Source: Gemmatimonadota bacterium
GTDB lineage: Bacteria; Gemmatimonadota; Gemmatimonadetes; Gemmatimonadales; Gemmatimonadaceae
Length of the DNA: 64,000 bases
Assembly: GCA_040389905.1 (NCBI GenBank)
Contig: JAZJZK010000013.1
Coordinates: 19,651-83,650, forward strand
Direction of reading: 5' to 3'
A model generated the notes under the pieces. That model was given only the letters and a program-made list of their open reading frames with translations. It made no database searches and had not been told where the DNA came from. The position numbers and the translations under genes are program-made. Of the stretch, positions 48,198 to 56,338 are shown in pieces (positions within the stretch are counted from its first letter, which is position 1; every line of letters starts with the position of its first letter).

Positions 48198-49052
48198 CTA
48201 TCGCAGCAAGAGACCAGAGAGCACATCCGCAATCACGCGCGGCGCATCTTCCGGCGTAAAGTGCCGGGAATCCGGCGCAATATCGAACGTCGCGCCCGGG
48301 ATTGCTGCCGCGAGGCGCGCGCCGAGCGAGAGTGGAAGAAACGGATCATGCTCGCCCCAGATGACTGCCGTGGGCGCCGCGATTTCGTGAAGGCGAGTGG
48401 AAAGCGCAACCGTCTCGCGCGAATCGAGCGCCGCCAGGTGTTGCAGCAGTACCATGCGTCCAGCGTCACTGTTGAACGGGCGCTGATAGCGATCGATGGA
48501 ATGCTGTGCCCGCGGCGGATCGTAGTAGCCCCGCTCGAGATCCGCGCGTGCAATGGGGAGAAGCCAGTTGGTGGGTATCGTCCGCACGATCGGCAGCAAC
48601 CGGCGCATGATGCGCAGGTCACGCTTGGGCCACTCGCTGAACGCAACGCTGTCGATGAGCGCGAGTCTCGAGACCCGCGTTGGCCAGTTCAGGGCGAGTG
48701 ACTGCGCGACGCCGCCGCCAAGGTGATGTCCAACGATGCACGCGTTGGAAATGCCAAGTGCATCCATGAGGCCGACGACGAGCGTCGCGTGCGCGTGCAG
48801 CGTAAGGGCACGAGTGCCCGGCGGATCGCTGCGACCGTATCCCAGCAGGTCGACGACGACGAGCCGATGTCCGGGCGGCATCTGGGCGACGACATCTCCC
48901 CACAGGTGGCCCGATGTTGGAAAGCCGTGCAGAAAGACGACCGGTTCACCTGCGCCGCGGGTTCCGGCGGCATAGTAGTACAACCGAACGCCATCGACAT
49001 CGACGAACTCACCGCGCATGAGCAAGGTGGAGCGAGGAGGCGCGGAGAGCAC
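48198..49052 (-). CDS. Alpha/beta hydrolase (epoxide hydrolase/dehalogenase-like)
   Basis: FLHGFPTSGHLW, DLLGYGRS, GHHLGGG, WGEHD, HFTPED. Confidence 0.85.
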   Translation of the reverse strand: MLSAPPRSTLLMRGEFVDVDGVRLYYYAAGTRGAGEPVVFLHGFPTSGHLWGDVVAQMPPGHRLVVVDLLGYGRSDPPGTRALTLHAHATLVVGLMDALGISNACIVGHHLGGGVAQSLALNWPTRVSRLALIDSVAFSEWPKRDLRIMRRLLPIVRTIPTNWLLPIARADLERGYYDPPRAQHSIDRYQRPFNSDAGRMVLLQHLAALDSRETVALSTRLHEIAAPTAVIWGEHDPFLPLSLGARLAAAIPGATFDIAPDSRHFTPEDAPRVIADVLSGLLLR

Positions 49053-49092
49053 TCATGCCGCAAGATGCGACGCGGAGCGCGCAGCACGCAAC

Positions 49093-49128
49093 AAAAAGGG
49101 TGGCGGCGCCTTCGCGCCGCCACCCTTT
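49093..49128 (-). terminator. Intrinsic terminator
   Basis: AAAAAGGGTGGCGGCG-CCTTCG-CGCCGCCACCCTTT. Confidence 0.8.
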
Positions 49129-49144
49129 ACACTCGTTCCGGAAA

Positions 49145-49546
49145 TTAGATCGCGGGCGGTGCGCCACCCGCACGTGCCGCGGCGCGCTTTGCTGCTTCTT
49201 CAACGTTCTTGTCGAAGATCGCCTGCTGCGGCGCCGTCAAAACCGCGCGAAAGTCCGCATTCTGCTTCGCCGTCACGTCCGCACGCTTCTTCATCGCGCC
49301 TTCACGGTCCGTCGCCATCAGTTCACGGATCGCCGCCATTTCCGGCTGATACTTGGTCGTGATCTCCGCAAACTTGGCCTTCTGCTCTGCCGTGATCGTC
49401 GTGCTATCGATGCCAACGAGCAGCATGGCGATACCACCACCACGGCCGCCGCGCCCACCGCCGCCACCGCCACCCTGTGCGCTCGCGGTGAGCGACAGAC
49501 CCATGACCAGCGCGGCACCGAGCGCCGCAATACGAATCGACTTCAT
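49145..49546 (-). CDS. Secreted helical protein (Spy/CpxP-like)
   Basis: Signal peptide ending ASA; ITAEQK and VLTAPQQ (LTxxQ-like) motifs. Confidence 0.7.
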   Translation of the reverse strand: MKSIRIAALGAALVMGLSLTASAQGGGGGGGRGGRGGGIAMLLVGIDSTTITAEQKAKFAEITTKYQPEMAAIRELMATDREGAMKKRADVTAKQNADFRAVLTAPQQAIFDKNVEEAAKRAAARAGGAPPAI

Positions 49547-49730
49547 AGTAGAACCCCTTGAAAGAATGATGGACGTGCAGTGCTTCCTAAGTTGTGTATC
49601 TGTAGTAACTTACACATGCCCCTCTAGCGGCAGAGGGCAAAATTCGTCAACTTTCGCCGCTTATATCCCAAGGCGTTCTGCCCGGCGCCGCCATGCGACT
49701 CTGGTCTGACTGCTTGCCCGAGAGCCCCAC

Positions 49731-50915
49731 GTGACCCTGCCGTCGCCACTCAGCAATCCCATCGTACCCGCAGCAGGCGCAACTGTGCCTTCCGCGGCCG
49801 TTCCCCCCACGCCGACCGCGCCACCAACACCGCCTGGCCCGGTTCGATTTCCTCTGGATTGGTTACTCGCGCACGCGGCAGCGCCCATTCGATATCGCGC
49901 CTTGACTGAAGTCGCGCGAATCAATGCGGGGGATGCCGAGAAGGTGTCCGCACTACCCCTTACGCATCGAGACGCGCTCCTGTTGGCTTTGCAACAGGCT
50001 CCCGACGGAACCTGGGCTGGCGGTATGCTCAGCCTCCCGTCCGGTCGCGACGATCGGTTCGAGGGAATCGGGACCATTCCCGCTGTCCGCAGGCTCATCG
50101 AATACGGATGGAGCAAGGAGACGCCGCCCCTGATGCACGCGCGGCGGATCCTCTTCCGGCTCCTCGCCGAGGACGACGATCCGTCGTTCCTCTTCGAGTT
50201 GGCCGAGCAGAACGCGAGCGACGAAGATTCGGTCAAGCGGGGTCGAACGCTGCTCCGCGAAGCCGCGGCGGCGGCGCTCGCGCAGGCGGGGTACGAGGGT
50301 GATCCGCGGCTGCGTGGCGCGGCACGCCGTATCCTCAACCGCATGGCGGACTACCTGCGCTCGCCTTTGGCGCAGAAGCCATTTATCCGGCAGGGCAACC
50401 AGCACATGCTCGCCGCAGAAGCGTGTCCGCCTTCCATTTACGCGATCACCATGCTCGCGTACATGCCACTCTTTCGCGCGGAGCATCACCGCGAAATGGA
50501 TGCGTTGTACGCGCACCTCGTCCAGCCGCAGCCGCGTCAGGAAGCCGTGCAGCTCTGTGGCAAGCTCGTGCTCCCCGTACCGCACCTCGTGCTGGGCGAT
50601 CCGCTTCCGCATCGCAACGCCGTCGATGCCGATGTTCCCTACGCCCTGTACTGGATGGAATTGATGGCGCGGCTTGGGTATCTCAAGCGGAATGAGAACT
50701 GGTCCAAGCTCTTCGAGCGCTTTCTCGAGGATCGCGACCGGGACGGCGTGTGGCATCCGCACAAAGGCATGGCGGCTCCCACGACCACGAGTGCGCACGC
50801 ATGGCCGACCTATCCCCTCGAGACCCAGCTGGCGGGCGACGAGCGGTGGACCGACATCACGTTCCGCCTTGGCCTGATCGCGCGCCTGTCAGGACGCGTG
50901 ATCGAGATCGTCTGA
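49731..50915 (+). CDS. Hypothetical protein, possible alpha/alpha-barrel (prenyltransferase-like)
   Basis: LDWLL, QAPDGTW, RDRDGVW (QxxDGxW-like) motifs. Confidence 0.65.
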   Translation: MTLPSPLSNPIVPAAGATVPSAAVPPTPTAPPTPPGPVRFPLDWLLAHAAAPIRYRALTEVARINAGDAEKVSALPLTHRDALLLALQQAPDGTWAGGMLSLPSGRDDRFEGIGTIPAVRRLIEYGWSKETPPLMHARRILFRLLAEDDDPSFLFELAEQNASDEDSVKRGRTLLREAAAAALAQAGYEGDPRLRGAARRILNRMADYLRSPLAQKPFIRQGNQHMLAAEACPPSIYAITMLAYMPLFRAEHHREMDALYAHLVQPQPRQEAVQLCGKLVLPVPHLVLGDPLPHRNAVDADVPYALYWMELMARLGYLKRNENWSKLFERFLEDRDRDGVWHPHKGMAAPTTTSAHAWPTYPLETQLAGDERWTDITFRLGLIARLSGRVIEIV

Positions 50916-50971
50916 CGACCACGGCGGACGGCGACGAGCCGCGTCTGCGTGGTCGCCTGGATCCGGCGGAG

Positions 50972-51862
50972 ATGTTCCCCGCCGGATCCTCGTATATACG
51001 CGTACGCATGGTGACCTTGGCGAGCGGATTGCGGCTGCGCGTCGCCGAATCCGGCGCGGTGGACTGCGCACCGATACTCCTCCTGCACGGGTGGGGCGCG
51101 TCGCTGTACATGTGGCGCGACTGGTTCGCGCTGCTCGCGGCAGCAGGACGGCGCGCGATCGCGGTCGATATTCCCGGACACGGACTCTCCGACAAGCCCG
51201 ACGACGTGGACGCGTATCGGCTCTCGTCACTGACGCGCACGGTATGCGAATTCCTTGCGCAGGAGCACCTCACAGGCATCGACGTTGTTGCGCACTCGAT
51301 GGCGGGAACGATCGCACTCGAGATGATGACGCAACCGTCGTCGCCCATCGGCCGCGCCGTGCTCGTGAATCCCGCATGCTTCGGTCGCGTACGACTCGAG
51401 CAGCTGTTTCCCCTCGCCGGCGTGTCGTCGATCGATCGCGTGCTGCCTCGGCTCGTCCGCAAGTGGATCGTCGCGCGCACGCATCGCCTCCAATACGACG
51501 ACCCGTCGAGAATCAAGCCGCGCGACGAGGATGAGTACTGGGCGCCGTCGCAGTTTCCTGCGTACACGCGTGCGATGCGCCGGCTCGTGCATGTCTTTCA
51601 ATGGAAACGCGGTCGCGTTGACGAGATTGCCGCACAGTTGCGGCGCGCTGGCGTTCCCGTGCTCGCCATACTCGGAGACAAGGATGGCCTCGTTCGAGAG
51701 GCGATTCCGTTCGTCTCCGCGCTGCAAGGCGCTTGCACGGCGCTCGAAATGAAAGTCATAGCGCGCGGTGGACACGCAATGAACGAGGAGCGCCCTGAGG
51801 AGATTTCAGCGCTAGCGCTCGACTTCTTCCGCCGGTCGCCGTTGCTCGGCAAGGGCGATTAA
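50972..51862 (+). CDS. Alpha/beta hydrolase
   Basis: LLHGWG, DIPGHGLS, AHSMAG, GDKDG, GGHAMNEE. Confidence 0.85.
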   Translation: MFPAGSSYIRVRMVTLASGLRLRVAESGAVDCAPILLLHGWGASLYMWRDWFALLAAAGRRAIAVDIPGHGLSDKPDDVDAYRLSSLTRTVCEFLAQEHLTGIDVVAHSMAGTIALEMMTQPSSPIGRAVLVNPACFGRVRLEQLFPLAGVSSIDRVLPRLVRKWIVARTHRLQYDDPSRIKPRDEDEYWAPSQFPAYTRAMRRLVHVFQWKRGRVDEIAAQLRRAGVPVLAILGDKDGLVREAIPFVSALQGACTALEMKVIARGGHAMNEERPEEISALALDFFRRSPLLGKGD

Positions 51863-51961
51863 CCGCCATCTGCGGTCAATGCTTTGCAGTTTCCGTCGTG
51901 CGGGCAGCATCACGGCGCCAATCCAGCGCCAGTGGCCCGGCGAGGCTACATTCCATGACCA

Positions 51962-53164
51962 ATGAAAAAGACAAAGCCAAAGCCGACCGCCGCGGTTGAA
52001 GAGCCGGTCGCAGAGCAGATTGCCGAGCTGGTGCCATCCTTCGCCGATCTCCAGCTCCACGCGTCGATTCTCGACGCCATTCGCGATGCGGGCTACACCA
52101 CGCCCACGCCGATTCAGCGCGATGCGATTCCCATTGCGATGCGGGGCCGCGACATCATGGGGCTCGCGCAAACGGGAACGGGCAAGACGGCGGCGTTTGC
52201 GCTGCCCATCATCGACCGGCTTCTCGATGGCCCCCGCCGCACGCGGGCACTCATCCTCACGCCGACGCGCGAGCTGTGCGTCCAGGTCGAGGAGAGCTTT
52301 CGGAAGTACGCGAGGCATGCCGACATTGCCGTCGTGGCTGTTTACGGAGGCGTCCCACTCGATCCGCAGGAGCGCATGCTGCGCGACGGCGTGGATGTCG
52401 TGGTCGCCACACCGGGCCGGTTGATCGACCATCTCGAACGCCAGAATGTCGTCTTCGACGATCTCGAGGTGCTCGTGCTCGATGAAGCAGATCGCATGCT
52501 CGACATGGGCTTCGCTCCGCAGATCAATCGCATTGTCGACCAGATACCCGCCTATCGCCAGACGCTGCTGTTCAGCGCCACGATGCCGCCCGAAGTCGAA
52601 GCGCTCGCACGAAAATATCTGCGCAAACCGATCGTCGTGCAGGTAGGAGTCCGTTCTGCCGCAGCGAGCACCGTGACACACGCGGTTTATCCGGTTCCTC
52701 GGGAAAAGAAGAACGCCCTGCTGGTGCAACTACTCACCGGCTCGGTGCACGATTCCGTGCTGATCTTCTCACGCACCAAGCACGGTGCCGATCGCATCGT
52801 GCGCGACCTCGAGGGCGCCGGCGTGAGCGCGACGGCCATGCACGCCGACAAGTCGCAGGCGCAACGCACGCGCGCACTGCAGGACTTCAAGGACGGCAAG
52901 ACCACCGTGCTCGTTGCCACCGATATTGCCCAGCGTGGGCTCGACATCAGCGGCATCACGCACGTCATCAACTACGATGTGCCGCAGCAGGCCGAGGACT
53001 ACGTGCACCGCATTGGGCGAACCGGACGCGCGGCGAAGGAGGGCGATGCCTACACCTTCATGGCGCCGGACGAGATCGGGATGGTGCGCACCATCGAACG
53101 AATGATCGGACAGCCGATCCCGCGCATCTCGGTGCCTGGCTTCGATTTCGGGACGGTCGCGTAG
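51962..53164 (+). CDS. DEAD-box RNA helicase (RhlE-like)
   Basis: Q motif, AQTGTGKT, PTREL, DEAD, SAT, YVHRIGRTGRA. Confidence 0.95.
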   Translation: MKKTKPKPTAAVEEPVAEQIAELVPSFADLQLHASILDAIRDAGYTTPTPIQRDAIPIAMRGRDIMGLAQTGTGKTAAFALPIIDRLLDGPRRTRALILTPTRELCVQVEESFRKYARHADIAVVAVYGGVPLDPQERMLRDGVDVVVATPGRLIDHLERQNVVFDDLEVLVLDEADRMLDMGFAPQINRIVDQIPAYRQTLLFSATMPPEVEALARKYLRKPIVVQVGVRSAAASTVTHAVYPVPREKKNALLVQLLTGSVHDSVLIFSRTKHGADRIVRDLEGAGVSATAMHADKSQAQRTRALQDFKDGKTTVLVATDIAQRGLDISGITHVINYDVPQQAEDYVHRIGRTGRAAKEGDAYTFMAPDEIGMVRTIERMIGQPIPRISVPGFDFGTVA

Positions 53165-53605
53165 TCAGTATTTCACACGGCCAAGCCTTGATACCGTCAG
53201 GGTATCGGCCGCAGCGCCTCGGCGAGCGACGAGCGTGAGATTTGCCGCGCCGTAGCCGAGCCCTCGAGTATCGAAGGTGATGGAGTCGCGCGTCGTGCTC
53301 ACCTTCACCGCGTGCGTCTGCGCGAGCCCCGTGTGGCCGAGTGATGCGCCGTGTGCGCGCACATCGAGGTCGGCGGTTGCCGTATCGATCCTCACGCTCA
53401 CGCGTGTGTGTTGCGCGAGTGCCTCGTCGCGCGCGCGGTTGACCGCTCCGGCGGCCGCACGCACCGCATCTCGCGTCGCCATGCGGTCGAGAAGCAGCTG
53501 AAGCTGGCGCATCATGACGAGCGTCGTGAGGCCGATGATTGTCATCACCAGGACCAATTCGACGAGAGTGAGCCCGCTCCGGCGGGCTGAGGCTGAGGTA
53601 GTCAT
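53165..53605 (-). CDS. GspH/FimT-like pseudopilin
   Basis: RRSG|LTLVELVLV prepilin cleavage motif; C-terminal VSRLGRVK. Confidence 0.8.
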   Translation of the reverse strand: MTTSASARRSGLTLVELVLVMTIIGLTTLVMMRQLQLLLDRMATRDAVRAAAGAVNRARDEALAQHTRVSVRIDTATADLDVRAHGASLGHTGLAQTHAVKVSTTRDSITFDTRGLGYGAANLTLVARRGAAADTLTVSRLGRVKY

Positions 53606-53702
53606 GTCGGAATGGTGTACAGGAGACGCGTCGGACGCGTCATCAATCCATTGCACGCGACATCAAATCAGTGCATCCTGAGAACGTCCTTGAGAAAGCG
53701 CC

Positions 53703-53975
53703 ATGGCTCACCCGCACCCGATCGACTTCATGCGTCTTCGCCGCCACGTGGCACTCGCCACCATCGCCCTCTCACTCGCCGCGTGTCGGAACCCGTCTGC
53801 GGACGCGCAGATTCTCGACCAGATGCGCCAGTTGGGGGATGAGCTGAACGCAGGCCGCCAGGAAGCGGCGGGGCTCGCGGAGCAGATCGATTCGCTCAGG
53901 ATCGTCGTGGCTCGCCAGGATACCTTGCTACGGCAATTGGCGTCGATGGCGAATCTTCCCGTCCCGACCCGCTGA
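53703..53975 (+). CDS. Small coiled-coil lipoprotein
   Basis: LSLAAC lipobox followed by a heptad pattern. Confidence 0.65.
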   Translation: MAHPHPIDFMRLRRHVALATIALSLAACRNPSADAQILDQMRQLGDELNAGRQEAAGLAEQIDSLRIVVARQDTLLRQLASMANLPVPTR

Positions 53976-53983
53976 GTCAGTCG

Positions 53984-54538
53984 ATGCAGACCTGCCACCG
54001 AGCCCGAATCGCGGCCCTCGTCGTCACAGGGTTCACGGTCATATCCATCGCCCCGTCTGCTGCTGCCCAGGGAGCCGCACGCGCCGGTCCCTTCGACCCG
54101 AAGAGCGGCCGCTTCGCCACCGCTCTGCCGAGCGAGCCGGCACGCGCACCAGACACGCTGTCTGCCACGAGTGACAAGGTCTGGGCAGCGCTGGGCCAGG
54201 TGTATGCGGAGCTTGGCGTTCCGCTCAGTGTGGTGGATTCCTCGAGCCACGTGATCGGCGCAGTGCGAGTGACTCAGCGACGCCCCGTCGGTGGCGACAG
54301 GCTCTCCCGGCTGCTGGAATGCGGGTCGGGCGCTTACGGCCCCAACGCCGAGCGCTATACCGTGCAACTGACACTCCTCACGGCGATCCAGCCGCTTGGC
54401 GACAAGGCGACGATCGTCGATACGCGAGCCGGAGGGCAGGCGTCACCGAATGGGCTCAGCTCAACGGTGGGTTGTGCGTCGAGTGGCGTGCTCGAAGAAA
54501 AGATTGCGGGAATGTTACGAAAGGCACTCGGGCTTTGA
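53984..54538 (+). CDS. Hypothetical secreted protein
   Basis: Signal peptide ending AAA; LECG...CASSGVLE Cys pair. Confidence 0.7.
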   Translation: MQTCHRARIAALVVTGFTVISIAPSAAAQGAARAGPFDPKSGRFATALPSEPARAPDTLSATSDKVWAALGQVYAELGVPLSVVDSSSHVIGAVRVTQRRPVGGDRLSRLLECGSGAYGPNAERYTVQLTLLTAIQPLGDKATIVDTRAGGQASPNGLSSTVGCASSGVLEEKIAGMLRKALGL

Positions 54539-54667
54539 TGCGCAGGCGGCGCCGCGAGCACGAACTGCGCTATATTGCGGGCTTGCTCACGGACCGCGCG
54601 AAGTGCCGCGTCCGTACCTGCGCCGTGGATGGACGTCGGACTTCACTAGTATCGAAAATCGACTTTG

Positions 54668-55747
54668 ATGCGTATCGCAATCTCGACAGGTGGAGGAGAC
54701 GCGCCTGGTCTCAACGCGGTGATCCGCGCCGCCGTGCTCAGCGGAATCAATCGCGGATGGGAAGTCCTCGGTATCAAGCGGGGATATGCCGGTCTGCTGG
54801 GTGAAGATGAAGTCATTCCGTTGAGCAAGGATTCGGTGCGCGGCATTGCGCATCAGGGGGGAACGATCCTTCGCGCAACGAACCGCGGGAATCCATTTTA
54901 TTATCCGAGGAAACAAGCCGACGGGAGTTATCTCCCAGAAGACCGCTCGGATGAGATGGTGGAAAACGCGAACAAGATGGGGATCGACGCAATCATCTCC
55001 ATCGGTGGCGATGGATCGCTCGAAATCGCGCTCAAGATGTGCGAGAAGGGCATGCGCATCGTGGGCGTGCCGAAGACGATCGACAACGACGTGAGCGGCA
55101 CCGTGACGACGTTCGGATTCGATACGGCGGTCAACACCGCGATCGAAGCGATCGACAAGCTGCACACGACGGCCGAGAGCCATGATCGTGTCATCGTCAT
55201 GGAAGTCATGGGTCGCGACGCGGGATTCATCGCCCTGCACTCCGGCGTCGCCGGAAGCGCCGACGTCATTCTGCTCCCTGAAATTCCGTACGACATCGGC
55301 AGCGTGTGCCGGAAGATCATGGCGCGCGATGCCGTGGGGCGGCACTTCTCCATCGTGGTCGTGGCCGAAGGGGCTTTTCCACTCGGTGGAGAAGTGCACC
55401 AGATGGGCGCGTCCTTGCCGGGGCAGGCGCGCCGCGTGGGCGGCGTTGCAGAGCTCGTTGCGCAGGAGATCCAGACGCGAACCGGCAAGGAAACCCGTTC
55501 GCTCGTACTCGGCCACCTGCAGCGCGGCGGCATGCCGACTGGTTACGACCGGTTGCTCGCCACGCGCTTCGGCGGGGCGGCGGTTCGTGCCATCGCCGAC
55601 GAAAAGTGGGGGCACATGGTCGCGCTCCAGACACCGCACATCGTCACGATTCCCATCGAAGAAGTCCTCCGCGAGAAGAAACGGGTGGACATCACCCACG
55701 ACCTGGTGCTCACGGCGCGGCAAGTAGGGATCAGCTTCGGCGACTAG
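54668..55747 (+). CDS. pfkA: 6-phosphofructokinase (group III-like)
   Basis: TGGGDAPGLNAVI, IGGDGS, PKTIDND, MGR, LGHLQRGG. Confidence 0.93.
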   Translation: MRIAISTGGGDAPGLNAVIRAAVLSGINRGWEVLGIKRGYAGLLGEDEVIPLSKDSVRGIAHQGGTILRATNRGNPFYYPRKQADGSYLPEDRSDEMVENANKMGIDAIISIGGDGSLEIALKMCEKGMRIVGVPKTIDNDVSGTVTTFGFDTAVNTAIEAIDKLHTTAESHDRVIVMEVMGRDAGFIALHSGVAGSADVILLPEIPYDIGSVCRKIMARDAVGRHFSIVVVAEGAFPLGGEVHQMGASLPGQARRVGGVAELVAQEIQTRTGKETRSLVLGHLQRGGMPTGYDRLLATRFGGAAVRAIADEKWGHMVALQTPHIVTIPIEEVLREKKRVDITHDLVLTARQVGISFGD

Positions 55748-55936
55748 GGGTAGAGAGACGCGAAGGTGTCCTCACTCGGCGCACCGGTGTCCAGATTCGC
55801 GGACACAAATGTTTGTATACACTCGTCATTCAGCAGGCTCTTACGTAGTAAGTACCTTTGAATGCTATACTTAGGTAGCGGATGGCCAGCGCATCGCGCG
55901 CGGCATCCGACCTGCCTTACAGGAGGGCGACGCGCG

Positions 55937-56278
55937 ATGTCCGCGACGCCAGTGAGACTCAGAATGACCCTTCGTGCCGCAATTCTCGCCATCACCTTCA
56001 TCGCCGGGCTCGGCAGTGTAGCGCACGCCCAGCAGAAGAAGGACGACGACGATGTGCCGAAGGCGTATCGGCCTCCACCGGGCATGTGCCGCATCTGGCT
56101 GGACAAGGTTCCACCCAAGCAGCAACCGGCCCCAACCGACTGTCCGACGGCACTCAAGAACAAGCCGGAGAACGGAAAGGTTATCTTCGGGGATGACTAC
56201 GTCGAGAAAGGCAAGAAGCCCGAGGAGAAGGAACTCCCCTTTATCAAGAAGTTCGGGGAAGACAAAAAGAAGCCGTAA
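55937..56278 (+). CDS. Hypothetical secreted protein
   Basis: SD AGGAGG; signal ending AHA; PPPGMCRIW..QPAPTDC motif. Confidence 0.7.
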   Translation: MSATPVRLRMTLRAAILAITFIAGLGSVAHAQQKKDDDDVPKAYRPPPGMCRIWLDKVPPKQQPAPTDCPTALKNKPENGKVIFGDDYVEKGKKPEEKELPFIKKFGEDKKKP

Positions 56279-56290
56279 CGCGCTGGGCCG

Positions 56291-56326
56291 AGGTGCAGAT
56301 CCCTCGACTTCGCTCGGGATGACAGC
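56291..56326 (-). repeat. Solo TGTC-tagged REP-like unit
   Basis: AGGTGCAGATCCCTCGACTTCGCTCGGGATGACAGC, a shorter variant of 48062-48105. Confidence 0.8.
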
Positions 56327-56338
56327 GAGCGGAGCCCC

